DNA of 64,000 bases from assembly GCA_964533855.1 (NCBI GenBank), contig CAZHNM010000005.1, forward strand, positions 74,898 to 138,897, read 5' to 3'. Every line of letters begins with the position of its first letter. The stretch's first letter is position 1. The position numbers were made by a program, and so were the translations under genes. Below, in pieces: positions 27,514-37,510 of the stretch. The stretch is from an uncultured Brevinematales bacterium (lineage in GTDB: Bacteria > Spirochaetota > Brevinematia > Brevinematales > JAOACQ01). The notes under the pieces were generated by a model. That model was not told the DNA's origin and did not search any database. It was given only the letters and a program-made list of their open reading frames with translations.

Positions 27514-28626
27514 TCAGGCGAGACTGTCGAATGCCTTGAGGGCGTTAAATATTGCCATATCCATATTATAGTAGCCGTAAGTCGCAAGGCGTCCCAGGAA
27601 AGTAACATTCTTGGTTTTTTTAGCCTCGTTTTCATATTTTTTATAAAGATCCATGTTGGCGTCGACCGGGACAGGGTAATAAGGAATATCCTTCTCAATG
27701 TCACAGGATTTAGAGTATTCCTTTATAATGGTTGTTGACGGGCTTTTCTGGCCGGTAAGGCGTTTAAATTCAGTGATTCTGGTAAACTTATAGTCGTTCG
27801 GGTAGTTGACGACCCCGACTTCCTGGTAATATTCCTTATCGATATGGGTCCATTCGAAATCGAGCGAACGGTAGGGCAGTTTGCCGAATTTGAAATCGAA
27901 GAATAGATCTATCGGGCCTGTAAAGATAAGGTGATCGTACTGGACTTCATCTTTGATATCTTTATACTGGGTATTGAGCATGATCCTTATGCCCCTGTTA
28001 TCGAGGAGTTTGTCGAAAATCGGCGTAAATCCTCCGGCAGGCATTCCCTGATAAGGGTCCTGGAAATAACGGTTGTCCCTGCTTATAAAAACTGGTACCC
28101 TGCCAGTCACTGAAGGCGACAGTTCATCGGGTTTAAGGTCCCATTGCTTGATCGTATATTTCAGAAAGACATTTTCATATACATAATCCGCAAGGTATTT
28201 CAAATCCTTGTCGTCTGATTTTTTCAGTTCGAGTATTGTTACTTTTTTGCCGAATCCGTAGTTGTCAATGAGCTTTTTCTCGAGTTTTTCCGCTAAAGTA
28301 ATGGGGAAAAGTTCATGAAGAGTATTGAGATTGAACGGGATCGGCACTTTTTTGCCTTCTACCAGCCCGAGGACCTCATGATGATAAATGTTCCATTTTA
28401 CATAAGGCGCCAGGTATGACCAGACCTCTTCCTTATTCGTATGGAATATATGAGGCCCGTAAACCTGGATAAGAATTCCATCCTGGTCGTATTTATCGTA
28501 AACATGTCCCCCTACATGGTTATGTCCTTCCACAAGGAGGACGCTTTTTTTCATTACACTGGAAATCCGCTCCGCCATTACACAGCCTGAAAAACCTGCT
28601 CCGACAATGCAATAATCAAACTTCAT
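27514..28626 (-). CDS. glf: UDP-galactopyranose mutase
   Basis: The N-terminus has an FAD-binding fold (DYCIVGAGFSGCVMAERI). Conserved Glf motifs are present (YGPHIFHT, NYPNDYKFTRITEFK, GRLATYGYYNMD). Confidence 0.9.
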   Translation of the reverse strand: MKFDYCIVGAGFSGCVMAERISSVMKKSVLLVEGHNHVGGHVYDKYDQDGILIQVYGPHIFHTNKEEVWSYLAPYVKWNIYHHEVLGLVEGKKVPIPFNLNTLHELFPITLAEKLEKKLIDNYGFGKKVTILELKKSDDKDLKYLADYVYENVFLKYTIKQWDLKPDELSPSVTGRVPVFISRDNRYFQDPYQGMPAGGFTPIFDKLLDNRGIRIMLNTQYKDIKDEVQYDHLIFTGPIDLFFDFKFGKLPYRSLDFEWTHIDKEYYQEVGVVNYPNDYKFTRITEFKRLTGQKSPSTTIIKEYSKSCDIEKDIPYYPVPVDANMDLYKKYENEAKKTKNVTFLGRLATYGYYNMDMAIFNALKAFDSLA

Positions 28627-28637
28627 ATCAAAACTCC

Positions 28638-29645
28638 CTATATTTCAACTTTTCTAAGGTAATCTGCGTTTTCTTCCGGAATACTGGGATTGATGAACAT
28701 TCCAGATCCGAGTTCAAAGCCTGCTGTCCTTGTCAGGCGCGGTACTATGGTAATATACCAGTGGAAAAAGACAGAGTTGCTGTAGCCTTTGGGGGCCCCG
28801 CGGATGATGAAATTATAATCCGGATCGTTGACGCCGAAATATAATTTTCTTAAAGCCTGCCTTAAAACAGAAGCGGCTTCGGCAAGCTCTTCGTCGGTCA
28901 CTTCGAGGATCGAGGAAGTATGCCTTTTTGGGAAAAGCCACATTGCAAAAGGCGAAAAAGCCGCGTACGGGACAAAAACGGTATAATCCTTCGTATCGAG
29001 AACAACCCTTTCACCTGTTTCAAGTTCGCTGCGGAGGACCCTGCAGAATATGCATTCCCTGTGTTCTTCATGGAACCTGATGCTTTCGTTCATGCGTTCC
29101 ATAATGTCTTTCGGTATTATGGGGAGGGCTATTATCTGTGAATGGGGATGAACAAGCGAAGCTCCCGCCCTTGTTCCATGATTTCTGAATGGAATTACAG
29201 ACTCTATGTAAGGAATTTCATAAAGCGTTTTAATCCTTTTCTGGTATGTTTTTAATATATTGACGACATCGGGAGTGTCCATCGTAGCCATAGTAAGGTC
29301 ATGCCTGGGAGTTTCAATAACCACTTCATGGTTGCCTACGCCGTCCATCCATCTGAAATTACCGCTTGTGTTATGGGAAATCTCGTTTTCGGGGGGAGAA
29401 AGCGCGGGAAATTTATTGGGAATAACACGGATTTTCCAGTCCTGGCTGCCGCCGTACCTGTAAAATTCCGCCGTGTTTCCGGTTTTTTCCTCATTTCCGG
29501 GACAGAACGGGCAATTTTCATCATGAGGAGGACGGATATTAAGCGATATGTCCTTGTTTTCCTTCAGTTCTTCGGGCCTTTTTGCCCTTTCCGTTGCAAT
29601 GATCACCCACTCTTTTAAGATAATATTCTGTCGGAGCTGCGGCAT
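28638..29645 (-). CDS. galT: galactose-1-phosphate uridylyltransferase (HIT superfamily)
   Basis: The zinc-site context CPFCPGNE and the catalytic HPHSQI (HxHxQ) are present. The length is 335 aa. Confidence 0.85.
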   Translation of the reverse strand: MPQLRQNIILKEWVIIATERAKRPEELKENKDISLNIRPPHDENCPFCPGNEEKTGNTAEFYRYGGSQDWKIRVIPNKFPALSPPENEISHNTSGNFRWMDGVGNHEVVIETPRHDLTMATMDTPDVVNILKTYQKRIKTLYEIPYIESVIPFRNHGTRAGASLVHPHSQIIALPIIPKDIMERMNESIRFHEEHRECIFCRVLRSELETGERVVLDTKDYTVFVPYAAFSPFAMWLFPKRHTSSILEVTDEELAEAASVLRQALRKLYFGVNDPDYNFIIRGAPKGYSNSVFFHWYITIVPRLTRTAGFELGSGMFINPSIPEENADYLRKVEI

Positions 29646-29727
29646 AAAAACCCCTTTAGATACCTTATTATAAACGGCATTTTAAAAAAATCAAATGATT
29701 TTTAAATTTGTATGCAAAATAGATTCT

Positions 29728-29756
29728 TTGCGAAAGAGCCGATTCCATGATAAAAT
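29728..29756 (+). promoter_or_regulatory. candidate sigma-70 promoter for tRNA-Thr (TTGCGA-17 nt-TAAAAT)
   Basis: The hexamers are separated by exactly 17 nt. The -10 element ends 33 nt upstream of the mature tRNA 5' end. Confidence 0.4.
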
Positions 29757-29788
29757 ATTCCGTTATCCCTGCAATAGATAATAATTAT

Positions 29789-29861
29789 GCCACCGTAGCT
29801 CAGTTGGTAGAGCAATTGATTCGTAATCAATGGGCCAGCGGTTCAATCCCGCTCGGTGGCT
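29789..29861 (+). tRNA. tRNA-Thr (anticodon CGT)
   Basis: A manual cloverleaf fits. The acceptor stem is GCCACCG/CGGTGGC and the D arm is GCTC/GAGC. The anticodon stem ATTGA/TCAAT carries loop TTCGTAA. The T arm is AGCGG-TTCAATC-CCGCT. Confidence 0.9.
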
Positions 29862-29927
29862 TATTTTTAATCCCTTGCCGGTAATGCCGATAATGCGTAA
29901 TGTTTTATTGATAAGGATGATCATCTG

Positions 29928-30602
29928 ATGGAAAATATACCTGTTTACATTATATATTATGGAATATATGCAGTTCTGTTTATTTACAGCATTATTCTTC
30001 ATGAGATTATGCATGGCGCGGCGGCATATTATTTCGGGGACGATACTGCTAAAAGGGCCGGGAGGCTGACTCTCAATCCTATACCCCATATCGATCCTCT
30101 CGGAAGTATTTTACTGCCGGGCATAGGTTTCGTTGTCAAGATGCTTACCGGAGCGAGCCTCATAATAGGCTGGGCCAGGCCTGTACCTGTAAACCCGAAT
30201 AATTTCACTCACAGGAGAATGGGTGAAATAACCGTTTCCCTGGCCGGAGTATTCGCTAACTTTGTCATAATGCTTGTAATGCTCTATCTGTATACCATAA
30301 CAAAAGACAGTTTTCCATACGCACCGGTATTTGTAGATGTAGCCGCGACGAATTTCTTTTTAATGTATCTCAACCTGCTCCCGATCCCCCCTCTTGACGG
30401 GTATAATTTCCTCGTCAACATATTGCCTTACAGGATTTCGAGAAGCATTACCGATATGGTAAGGGGGAGGGAAACCGCTTTCCTTATGTTATTATTCGTA
30501 TGTTTTGCCACACCGATAGGGCGGTTTATTTTTTCTCCGGCCGGATATATGTTTGACAGCCTGGAAAGGAATTTCTTCAATCTTGTCGGTTTCAGAGGTT
30601 GA
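29928..30602 (+). CDS. site-2 protease family (M50-like) membrane zinc metalloprotease
   Basis: The HExxH motif lies in a TM context (IILHEIMHGAAAYYFGD). There are multiple TM helices and a downstream LNLLPIPPLDG motif. Confidence 0.75.
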   Translation: MENIPVYIIYYGIYAVLFIYSIILHEIMHGAAAYYFGDDTAKRAGRLTLNPIPHIDPLGSILLPGIGFVVKMLTGASLIIGWARPVPVNPNNFTHRRMGEITVSLAGVFANFVIMLVMLYLYTITKDSFPYAPVFVDVAATNFFLMYLNLLPIPPLDGYNFLVNILPYRISRSITDMVRGRETAFLMLLFVCFATPIGRFIFSPAGYMFDSLERNFFNLVGFRG

Positions 30603-30603
30603 A

Positions 30604-32550
30604 ATGAAAAAAACGGCATTTTTTACCTTTCTTGTTCTTCTGATTGCTTCAGCGGCGTATCCGCAGCCGGTGCAGGCGGTTCAGAATTCAAAACAATATA
30701 ATGAGTCTCCGTCCCTGCCGGGGGATAATTTGCCGGAACAGACAGAAATGGCGTTTGCAGAGGCTGTAATGCTGTCTACTGAAGGCGATTATGACGGAGC
30801 TATCCTGAAATACCAGGATCTCCTGACAAACCAGGTCAGAGATAAATATATTTACTATTCCCTGCTTGAAACATACAGCCTTAAAGCCGGAAAGATAGGA
30901 CAGTCCAGGACAGACGACGATTCCCTGAAGGCTGTTTATACCGATGAACTGAATTATTCCAGGGAAGCTCTAAATCTTTATTCAAACGACCTCAAACTCC
31001 TTTACTTTTATGCAGACTCAACGAGAAACCTCGGTATGGCTGAGGAATATGTCAATGTTCTGAACAGGATCCTTTCCATAGACGATTCCGATGTTTTTGC
31101 AAACTACTATATAGGCGATTATTATTTTGTAAACAAGCAGAATGAGCAGGCGGCTTTCTATTTCCAGAAAGTGCTTGCCTCCATGGAAGACAACAAGGAA
31201 TTCGACCTGATGGCAAAATACAGGTCATTGTATTCGCTCGGAATAATTGCAATAGTGGGCGGGGATTACCAGGATGCCATCCAATTCCTTGAAAGGGCGA
31301 AAAATATATATTCTAAAGATTATGAACTGATAAAAACATTGGCAATGACATATGCGGGCGCCCTTCAGTTCAGGAAGGCTGCTGAAAATTTTGATTCTAT
31401 CCCCGAAGAATATAAAAACGAGGAAGTCCAGGATGTATATTACGGCGTACTGTTCGCGATGGATCAGAAAGCCCTGAAAGACATATTGAAAAATAAAACT
31501 CCCGCCAGGTCTCATTTTCTCTGGGCCGTTGATTATTATACAAGGAAAGAATTTGATAAATCTGTCAGGGAATTAGACCTTTCGGTTTCAGAAAGAAAAT
31601 CTCTCGATTATTACCAGCTTTATCTCTACTATCTGGATTATAAAGCATCGGGAAACAGGGGTAAAGTTTTCCGTTACGCTTTTATGCTTGGGAATAAATC
31701 AAAAGAAGCCGGCGAGATCGATCTTGCGATCGGTTATTACAAAATACTTCTTTCGAACAGCGATTCTATTCCTTCGGTTTACTGGCTTATAGGTTCCCTT
31801 TATGACGATAAAAATGATTACAGGAATGCCGCAGTTTACTATAATAAGTATTTGAGCAACAAGGACGGGGAAGAATATAAAATCCAGGCGCTTATCAGAA
31901 TATCCGATATGTATTACAGGCAGACCAATATTAATGAAGCGGCGAAAATGCTGTCTAAAGCAAGAAATCTTGCCGCTAAAAAAAGCGACCAGTTTCAGGT
32001 CTTTTTTTATTCCGGGCTCATACAGTTTGAGAATAAAATGTATTCTAACGCGGTCAACGATTTCAATGATGCCATGAAGGCCGACGGCAAGGAAGCCAAG
32101 CTATATTACTATCTCGGGACCAGTTATTTTGAGCTTGCAGATTATTCCAATGCCATCAATACTCTTGAAGCGGGAATCAAATATGACAGCCGCAGCCCGG
32201 AAATGGATAACCTGTTAGCTTATGTGTATTCTTTACAGGATGTAAAACTTGATGATGCAGTCAGGCTTGTGAAACAGGCTCTATTGATGCAGCCTGAAAA
32301 TATTGCTTACCTGGACACTTTAGGCTGGATATTATTTCAGAAAGAGGATTTTAATAAAAGTTATGAAATATTTAATCACGTCATTGATCTGTTAGGAAGG
32401 GAAAACAGGCTTGATGGTCTCGACGAAATTTATTATCATATAGGCATGGTATTCGAGAAAGCGGGCAAAAAAGAAGAGGCGATGGGATATTATTCCACAG
32501 GTCTCAAGATCAACCCCTCAAATATCCTTATTAAAAACAGGATGAAATAG
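30604..32550 (+). CDS. secreted TPR-repeat protein
   Basis: I chose the start at 30604 (MKKTAFFTFLVLLIASAAYPQ, a signal peptide). The protein has many canonical TPR units (e.g. YYLGTSYFELADYSNAINTLEAGIKYD and YYHIGMVFEKAGKKEEAMGYYSTGLKINP). Confidence 0.7.
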   Translation: MKKTAFFTFLVLLIASAAYPQPVQAVQNSKQYNESPSLPGDNLPEQTEMAFAEAVMLSTEGDYDGAILKYQDLLTNQVRDKYIYYSLLETYSLKAGKIGQSRTDDDSLKAVYTDELNYSREALNLYSNDLKLLYFYADSTRNLGMAEEYVNVLNRILSIDDSDVFANYYIGDYYFVNKQNEQAAFYFQKVLASMEDNKEFDLMAKYRSLYSLGIIAIVGGDYQDAIQFLERAKNIYSKDYELIKTLAMTYAGALQFRKAAENFDSIPEEYKNEEVQDVYYGVLFAMDQKALKDILKNKTPARSHFLWAVDYYTRKEFDKSVRELDLSVSERKSLDYYQLYLYYLDYKASGNRGKVFRYAFMLGNKSKEAGEIDLAIGYYKILLSNSDSIPSVYWLIGSLYDDKNDYRNAAVYYNKYLSNKDGEEYKIQALIRISDMYYRQTNINEAAKMLSKARNLAAKKSDQFQVFFYSGLIQFENKMYSNAVNDFNDAMKADGKEAKLYYYLGTSYFELADYSNAINTLEAGIKYDSRSPEMDNLLAYVYSLQDVKLDDAVRLVKQALLMQPENIAYLDTLGWILFQKEDFNKSYEIFNHVIDLLGRENRLDGLDEIYYHIGMVFEKAGKKEEAMGYYSTGLKINPSNILIKNRMK

Positions 32551-32615
32551 ACCCGTTACAATTATCCGGGATAAATCTTGATTAATAAAAATTTACCCTT
32601 AAAATAAAGGGTGTA

Positions 32616-34226
32616 ATGCAAAAAGAGCATGGGGAATATATGAAACCAATATTTCTTAAATTTTCATCCGGAAGGGAATTTTCAGCCCTGACAGATATAT
32701 CGAAGGCAAGAAATACGGAAAGGACTGTAATCATTTTCTTCTCTGAAAACGTTATGGTCAGGTATTTTGATATTGACAGTTCAGTCATAATAGATAAATT
32801 GATAGCATTTTATGCTTCCCCGACAAAAGCCGGCATAGAACATATTACAAAAAACGATGGATGTTATAACATCTGTCTCTGCGCGGAGGCCAAGATCAAG
32901 AAATTTTTCAGTGACAAGGTCATGCCTCTTCTAGAAACAGACGGGGAAAAACATGAATTTATCATATTATCCGAAGAGATGCCTGTAAAAAAAGATTTTA
33001 TAGAAATTCCCGGCCAGATCTGTCCGGTATTTTATAGTGTTTCGCTTGGCCGGCTGATACCGGTGTCTTATTCCCCTTTTTCATACAACAATATCGAACT
33101 TGCCGCTAAGGGATCGTCCACCGCTTCCACTGCCTCCGGTGAAAAAAAACAGATTCTATCTTTAGGTAATGAGAAGGATTTTACAATTTCATATCTCCAG
33201 GATGGAGGGATAACGGTTTCACCCAATTTCGGGGAATTAGACGATTTATACGAGATCGATACAATGGAAATTATGGTCAACTCGATTATGGGGCATGGAA
33301 AATTTAAAAATATTACGGTTCTTAAAGATTATAATAATTATTCGATGATATCGGATTATACAAGGAAATTTCCAAGCGTCTTTAATGTCTATCATGTTTA
33401 CGCCCATATGGCCAATGTGCTTTTCGATAATGAAATACTATCCGGGAAGAGCATCGGAATAGTCTATGACAGCATAAGCTATGACGACAGCGACCAGATA
33501 AGGGGAGGAGAAGCCCTCTACGGAAATATAGGCAATATTGACATTATCGGCGGGTGGAAACCGCTGCCCTTGCCCGGCGGCGATATAGCCAATATCGAAC
33601 CATGGAGAATAGCTTTAGCCGTTCTTAAAGAAGTGACAGACGGGGGTCTAGCCTCGGTTAATCTTCCTCTGACAAAAAGCATAAGGGAAAACCCGAACTA
33701 TACATATATTTATAACGCTATCGACCAGGGAATTATGAGTTTTTCACTTTCATCGAGCATGCACCACATCATAGCGGCGCTCGGAGAAGTGATTTCCTAC
33801 AAGGAAACGACATTTAATTTTGAATACTTCGAGAATATGATGGACAGCACAATGATAAAAAAATGTGAAAGCGCATATTACGACATCCCTCTAATAGAAG
33901 ATGATGGCAAATATTTCCTGGACACATATGAGCTTTTCAGGCTGGTAGCCGTTTCCATGAGGGAAAAGGCGGAGCCGCTTTCGATGATCTGCAACATTAT
34001 TGTCAGCATCGCCAAGGCGACTGCCAAACTGATTGAAAAATTATCGAAAGTTCACAAGGAAAAGAAAATTGTGTTAGCAGGGGAATATTTTAAACATCCA
34101 AATCTGCTGACGATTCTGTATAACGAATTAGATCAGAAGGGATATAAGTTATATCTGCCTAAAAAGATACCTGTCGACGACAGCGGCATTTCAGTCGGGC
34201 AGCTGCTATATCATTATTACGAATAG
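32616..34226 (+). CDS. HypF C-terminal (Kae1/ASKHA-like) domain protein, divergent, lacking the HypF N-terminal domains
   Basis: Residues from about 180 to the end are collinear with the HypF C-terminal module. Matching segments are ILSLGNEKDFTISY, NVYHVYAHMANV (HxxxH), IRGGEALYG, LPLPGGDIANIEPWRIALAVL, IVLAGEYFKHPNLL and PVDDSGISVGQLL. No acylphosphatase domain, CxxC zinc-finger pairs or clear YrdC motifs were seen. An alternative start lies at 32640. Confidence 0.55.
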   Translation: MQKEHGEYMKPIFLKFSSGREFSALTDISKARNTERTVIIFFSENVMVRYFDIDSSVIIDKLIAFYASPTKAGIEHITKNDGCYNICLCAEAKIKKFFSDKVMPLLETDGEKHEFIILSEEMPVKKDFIEIPGQICPVFYSVSLGRLIPVSYSPFSYNNIELAAKGSSTASTASGEKKQILSLGNEKDFTISYLQDGGITVSPNFGELDDLYEIDTMEIMVNSIMGHGKFKNITVLKDYNNYSMISDYTRKFPSVFNVYHVYAHMANVLFDNEILSGKSIGIVYDSISYDDSDQIRGGEALYGNIGNIDIIGGWKPLPLPGGDIANIEPWRIALAVLKEVTDGGLASVNLPLTKSIRENPNYTYIYNAIDQGIMSFSLSSSMHHIIAALGEVISYKETTFNFEYFENMMDSTMIKKCESAYYDIPLIEDDGKYFLDTYELFRLVAVSMREKAEPLSMICNIIVSIAKATAKLIEKLSKVHKEKKIVLAGEYFKHPNLLTILYNELDQKGYKLYLPKKIPVDDSGISVGQLLYHYYE

Positions 34227-34236
34227 GAGGCTTTAG

Positions 34237-35952
34237 GTGGTCTTGAACGGAGCCAGGATTTTAATAGAAAGTCTTAAAAAAGAGGGAACCGACACTATTT
34301 TCGGATACCCGGGCGGGGTTGTAATTCCTCTTTTCGATGAATTATACGATGAAAAGGAAATAAAACTCATCCATGTCCGGCATGAACAGGGCGCTGCTCA
34401 TATGGCCGACGGCTACGCAAGGGCGACGGGAAAAGTGGGCGTATGCCTTGCAACAAGCGGACCCGGAGCTACCAACCTTGTAACCGGGATAGCCACGGCT
34501 TACATGGATTCAATACCGATGGTGGCGATAACCGGGCAGGTCGTGACTTCCATGATCGGCAGCGATGCTTTCCAGGAAGCGGACATAACAGGAATCACAA
34601 GGCCTATCACAAAACACAATTTTCTGGTGAAAGATGTAAAAGACCTTGCCGGCGTGATAAAAGAGGCATTTTATATAGCCTCTACCGGAAGACCCGGACC
34701 CGTGCTCGTAGATATCCCCAAGGATGTCCTTACAGGGAAAACGGAATTCAAATATCCGACAGGCATTAACCTCCGCGGCTACAATCCGAATGTCAAGGTT
34801 CATAAAGGACAGATAAAAAAGGCGCTGGAGCTTATAGAAAATTCAAAAAAGCCCCTTGTATATTTCGGCGGCGGTGTAATACTCAGCAACGCATCCGAAG
34901 AATTAATCGAATTTGTAAAGGTGACTGGAATCCCATGCACGGCAACCCTTATGGGATTAGGGGCTTACCCGTCGGATTTCAACGATCCGCTTTACCTTGG
35001 AATGCTCGGAATGCATGGAACAGCTTATGCGAATTACGGAGTGCATCATTCCGATCTTATTATAGCAATTGGAACAAGGTTTGACGACAGGGTCACGGGC
35101 AGGATAGACGATTTCGCGCCGGGAGCAAAAATAATTCACATCGATATCGACCCGACATCAATAAGCAAGACTGTCATCGTGGATGTCCCCATAGTCGGGG
35201 ATGTGAAAAGCGTTCTCAATGAGATGATCAGGTCGCCTCTGAAGAGTCTTAAAATAGCCGAATGGAGAAAACAGATCGTTGAATGGAAGAAGGAAAATCC
35301 GCTCTCATATAAGCAGAGCGATACAGAGATCAAACCCCAGTTTGTAATTCAGAAATTAAGCGAATTGACGAATGGAAATGCCATAATAGCAACAGAGGTC
35401 GGGCAGCATCAGATGTGGACAGCCCAGTATTACCAGTTCAAAGCCCCTCGCACTTTTTTGTCCTCGGGCGGACTAGGGACTATGGGATACGGTCTTCCTG
35501 CCGCGATAGGCGCCAAGACCGGCATCAAAAACAAGCTTGTAATAGATATAGCCGGTGACGGTTCAATCCAGATGAATATCCAGGAGCTTGCTACAGCCAA
35601 GAGTCATGACATAAATGTAAAGATAGTCATCATGAATAATTCCTACCTCGGGATGGTAAGGCAATGGCAGGAATTGTTCTATAAAAAACGCTACTCTGCA
35701 GTGCTTCTTGAAAAACATGATCATAATGTATCGACCGGGGAGTATTATCCCGATTTCGTAAAGATTGCAGATGCTTACGGCTTCTGGGGCAAGCGGGTTT
35801 CAAAGCCTTCAGAGCTTGAAGAAGCGATAAAAGAAATGATAGCCTTCGACGGGCCCGCCCTGCTCGATGTGGTTATCTGCAGGGAGGAAAATGTTTACCC
35901 GATGGTTCCTCCCGGAGCAAGCCTGACACAGATGATCGGAGGACTGGCATGA
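34237..35952 (+). CDS. ilvB: acetolactate synthase (biosynthetic type), large subunit
   Basis: The start is GTG with an AGGAGG RBS. Motifs include [37 protein letters not shown] and the ThDP motif [14 protein letters not shown]...[12 protein letters not shown]. Confidence 0.92.
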   Translation: MVLNGARILIESLKKEGTDTIFGYPGGVVIPLFDELYDEKEIKLIHVRHEQGAAHMADGYARATGKVGVCLATSGPGATNLVTGIATAYMDSIPMVAITGQVVTSMIGSDAFQEADITGITRPITKHNFLVKDVKDLAGVIKEAFYIASTGRPGPVLVDIPKDVLTGKTEFKYPTGINLRGYNPNVKVHKGQIKKALELIENSKKPLVYFGGGVILSNASEELIEFVKVTGIPCTATLMGLGAYPSDFNDPLYLGMLGMHGTAYANYGVHHSDLIIAIGTRFDDRVTGRIDDFAPGAKIIHIDIDPTSISKTVIVDVPIVGDVKSVLNEMIRSPLKSLKIAEWRKQIVEWKKENPLSYKQSDTEIKPQFVIQKLSELTNGNAIIATEVGQHQMWTAQYYQFKAPRTFLSSGGLGTMGYGLPAAIGAKTGIKNKLVIDIAGDGSIQMNIQELATAKSHDINVKIVIMNNSYLGMVRQWQELFYKKRYSAVLLEKHDHNVSTGEYYPDFVKIADAYGFWGKRVSKPSELEEAIKEMIAFDGPALLDVVICREENVYPMVPPGASLTQMIGGLA

Positions 35953-36425
35953 TTAAATATACGCTATCGGTTCTCGTTGAGAACCACTTTGGAGTTCTTG
36001 CAAGGGTATCAGGCCTTTTTTCCGCCAGGGGATATAATATATCCAGCCTTACTGTGGCTGAAACGGAAGATCCGACAGTGTCGATAATGACAATAGTCGT
36101 CGACGGCGACGAAAGGGTCATCGACCAGGTAAAAAAGCAGCTTAATAAGCTCATTGATGTGATAAAAGTAAAGGACCTTACGGAACAGGGTCATGTCTCA
36201 AGGGAGCTTGCCCTTGTGAAGGTTGCAATTGAAGCGTCGAGGAGAAGGGAGATCATAGAAATTGCTGATGTTTTCAAGGGAAGGATAGTGGATATTTCTA
36301 ATGAGACACTTACTATCGAGGTTACCGGCGATACCAAGAAAATCGACACGATAATAGGCCTTCTGAAGACCTATGAGATAAGGGAAATGGCGAGGACAGG
36401 TAAAGTAGCCCTGATCCGCGGTTGA
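35949..36425 (+). CDS. ilvN: acetolactate synthase small (regulatory) subunit
   Basis: The ACT domain start [31 protein letters not shown] is present. A 4-nt ATGA overlap links it to ilvB. Confidence 0.9.
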   Translation: MIKYTLSVLVENHFGVLARVSGLFSARGYNISSLTVAETEDPTVSIMTIVVDGDERVIDQVKKQLNKLIDVIKVKDLTEQGHVSRELALVKVAIEASRRREIIEIADVFKGRIVDISNETLTIEVTGDTKKIDTIIGLLKTYEIREMARTGKVALIRG

Positions 36426-36440
36426 GTTGAAGCTTTCAAT

Positions 36441-37352
36441 ATGAAGCCGGTAATTGCCATTATTGGTCCGGGGGAGCTCGAAAAGAAAGCGGAGCTATTA
36501 AAACTTCTCAAAAATGTAGACAAAAAAAACATCTACACCTATTTTCCCGGTGAAACCGAAGCCTCCTTGATATTTTCGGAATGCAGCCAGGATTCGCTTT
36601 TCAGTTCGACAAAAACGATTGTCGTGAAAAATTTCGATTCTGCAAGGGACAAACAGAAAAAGGCTTTCGAGGAAGCGCTTGACAGCTACCTCGATAATAT
36701 TAACGGGAATACCATTCTGATTATAACCGCGGAAGATCTTCCCGCCGGAATTGTCAAAAAGATCAGGGAATCCGGGGAAGTAAAGCAATTCAAAAAGATG
36801 TACAAAAACGACCTTTCAAACTATGTCAGGAAGAATCTTGCAAATGAGGGGATTAAATTCGAGGAAGAGCTGCCTGACTTTATCGCCACGTATGCAAATG
36901 AAGATGAATGGGAAACCGAGAATATGCTTCAAAGCATCATCTATTTCGCTGCTGCCGCCGGCACCGGAGCTGTTTCGATCGCCGGGGCCAGGTCCATATT
37001 GTCGCGGTCTTCCAATATGGATATATTCGACCTGGTTGACGGGATTTTCGAGAAGAACCCTTTAAAGGCTGCCCATGCGCTATCCGACCTGAGAAAAGAA
37101 GGCGAACCTGTAACCCGGATGGTGTACATGATAATGAGGAGCGCTAAAATGCTCTGGGCCTACCTTTCAGGCAGTTCTTCAAGCCCCGGAGGGGTGTATG
37201 AACTCAATAAAATGAAGGGCTATGCTAAAAAATGCGATCTTAAGTTTGTCAGCAGGATATTCGTAATGGCAGGGAAGCTTGAAATTACGGCCAAAAGCAT
37301 GAAAGATGATTTTTCTTTTATAGAACTTGAGAGTTTTATTTATACTATTTAA
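36441..37352 (+). CDS. holA: DNA polymerase III delta subunit (HolA-like)
   Basis: The length and layout fit HolA. The N-terminal domain contains ...SLFSSTKTIVVKNF..., and a C-terminal helical domain contains IFDLVDGIFEKNPLKAAHALSDL. Similarity is weaker than for the other calls. Confidence 0.6.
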   Translation: MKPVIAIIGPGELEKKAELLKLLKNVDKKNIYTYFPGETEASLIFSECSQDSLFSSTKTIVVKNFDSARDKQKKAFEEALDSYLDNINGNTILIITAEDLPAGIVKKIRESGEVKQFKKMYKNDLSNYVRKNLANEGIKFEEELPDFIATYANEDEWETENMLQSIIYFAAAAGTGAVSIAGARSILSRSSNMDIFDLVDGIFEKNPLKAAHALSDLRKEGEPVTRMVYMIMRSAKMLWAYLSGSSSSPGGVYELNKMKGYAKKCDLKFVSRIFVMAGKLEITAKSMKDDFSFIELESFIYTI

Positions 37353-37368
37353 TATGGACAAATATCTT

Positions 37369-37441
37369 TGAGCCGCCTGGGGTTCGAACCCAGGGCCCGC
37401 ACATTAAAAGTGTGCTGCTCTACCAGCTGAGCTAGCGGCCC
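37369..37441 (-). tRNA. tRNA-Lys (anticodon TTT)
   Basis: The reverse complement folds as a cloverleaf. The acceptor stem is GGGCCGC/GCGGCTC with one G-U pair, and the D arm is GCTC/GAGC. The anticodon stem GCACA/TGTGC carries loop CTTTTAA. The T arm is CTGGG-TTCGAAC-CCCAG. Confidence 0.9.
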
Positions 37442-37510
37442 GGAAGATAAATGCCCCCGTAAAGGGGAATAGCCCTGTCAGGCAGTCTTTGAGGTCCGGA
37501 CAGGGAGGAT

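Noticed and set aside
29763-30089. A 108-aa minus-strand ORF.
   Set aside because: It overlaps tRNA-Thr on the opposite strand and the 5' end of the M50 protease gene. It has no supporting motif.
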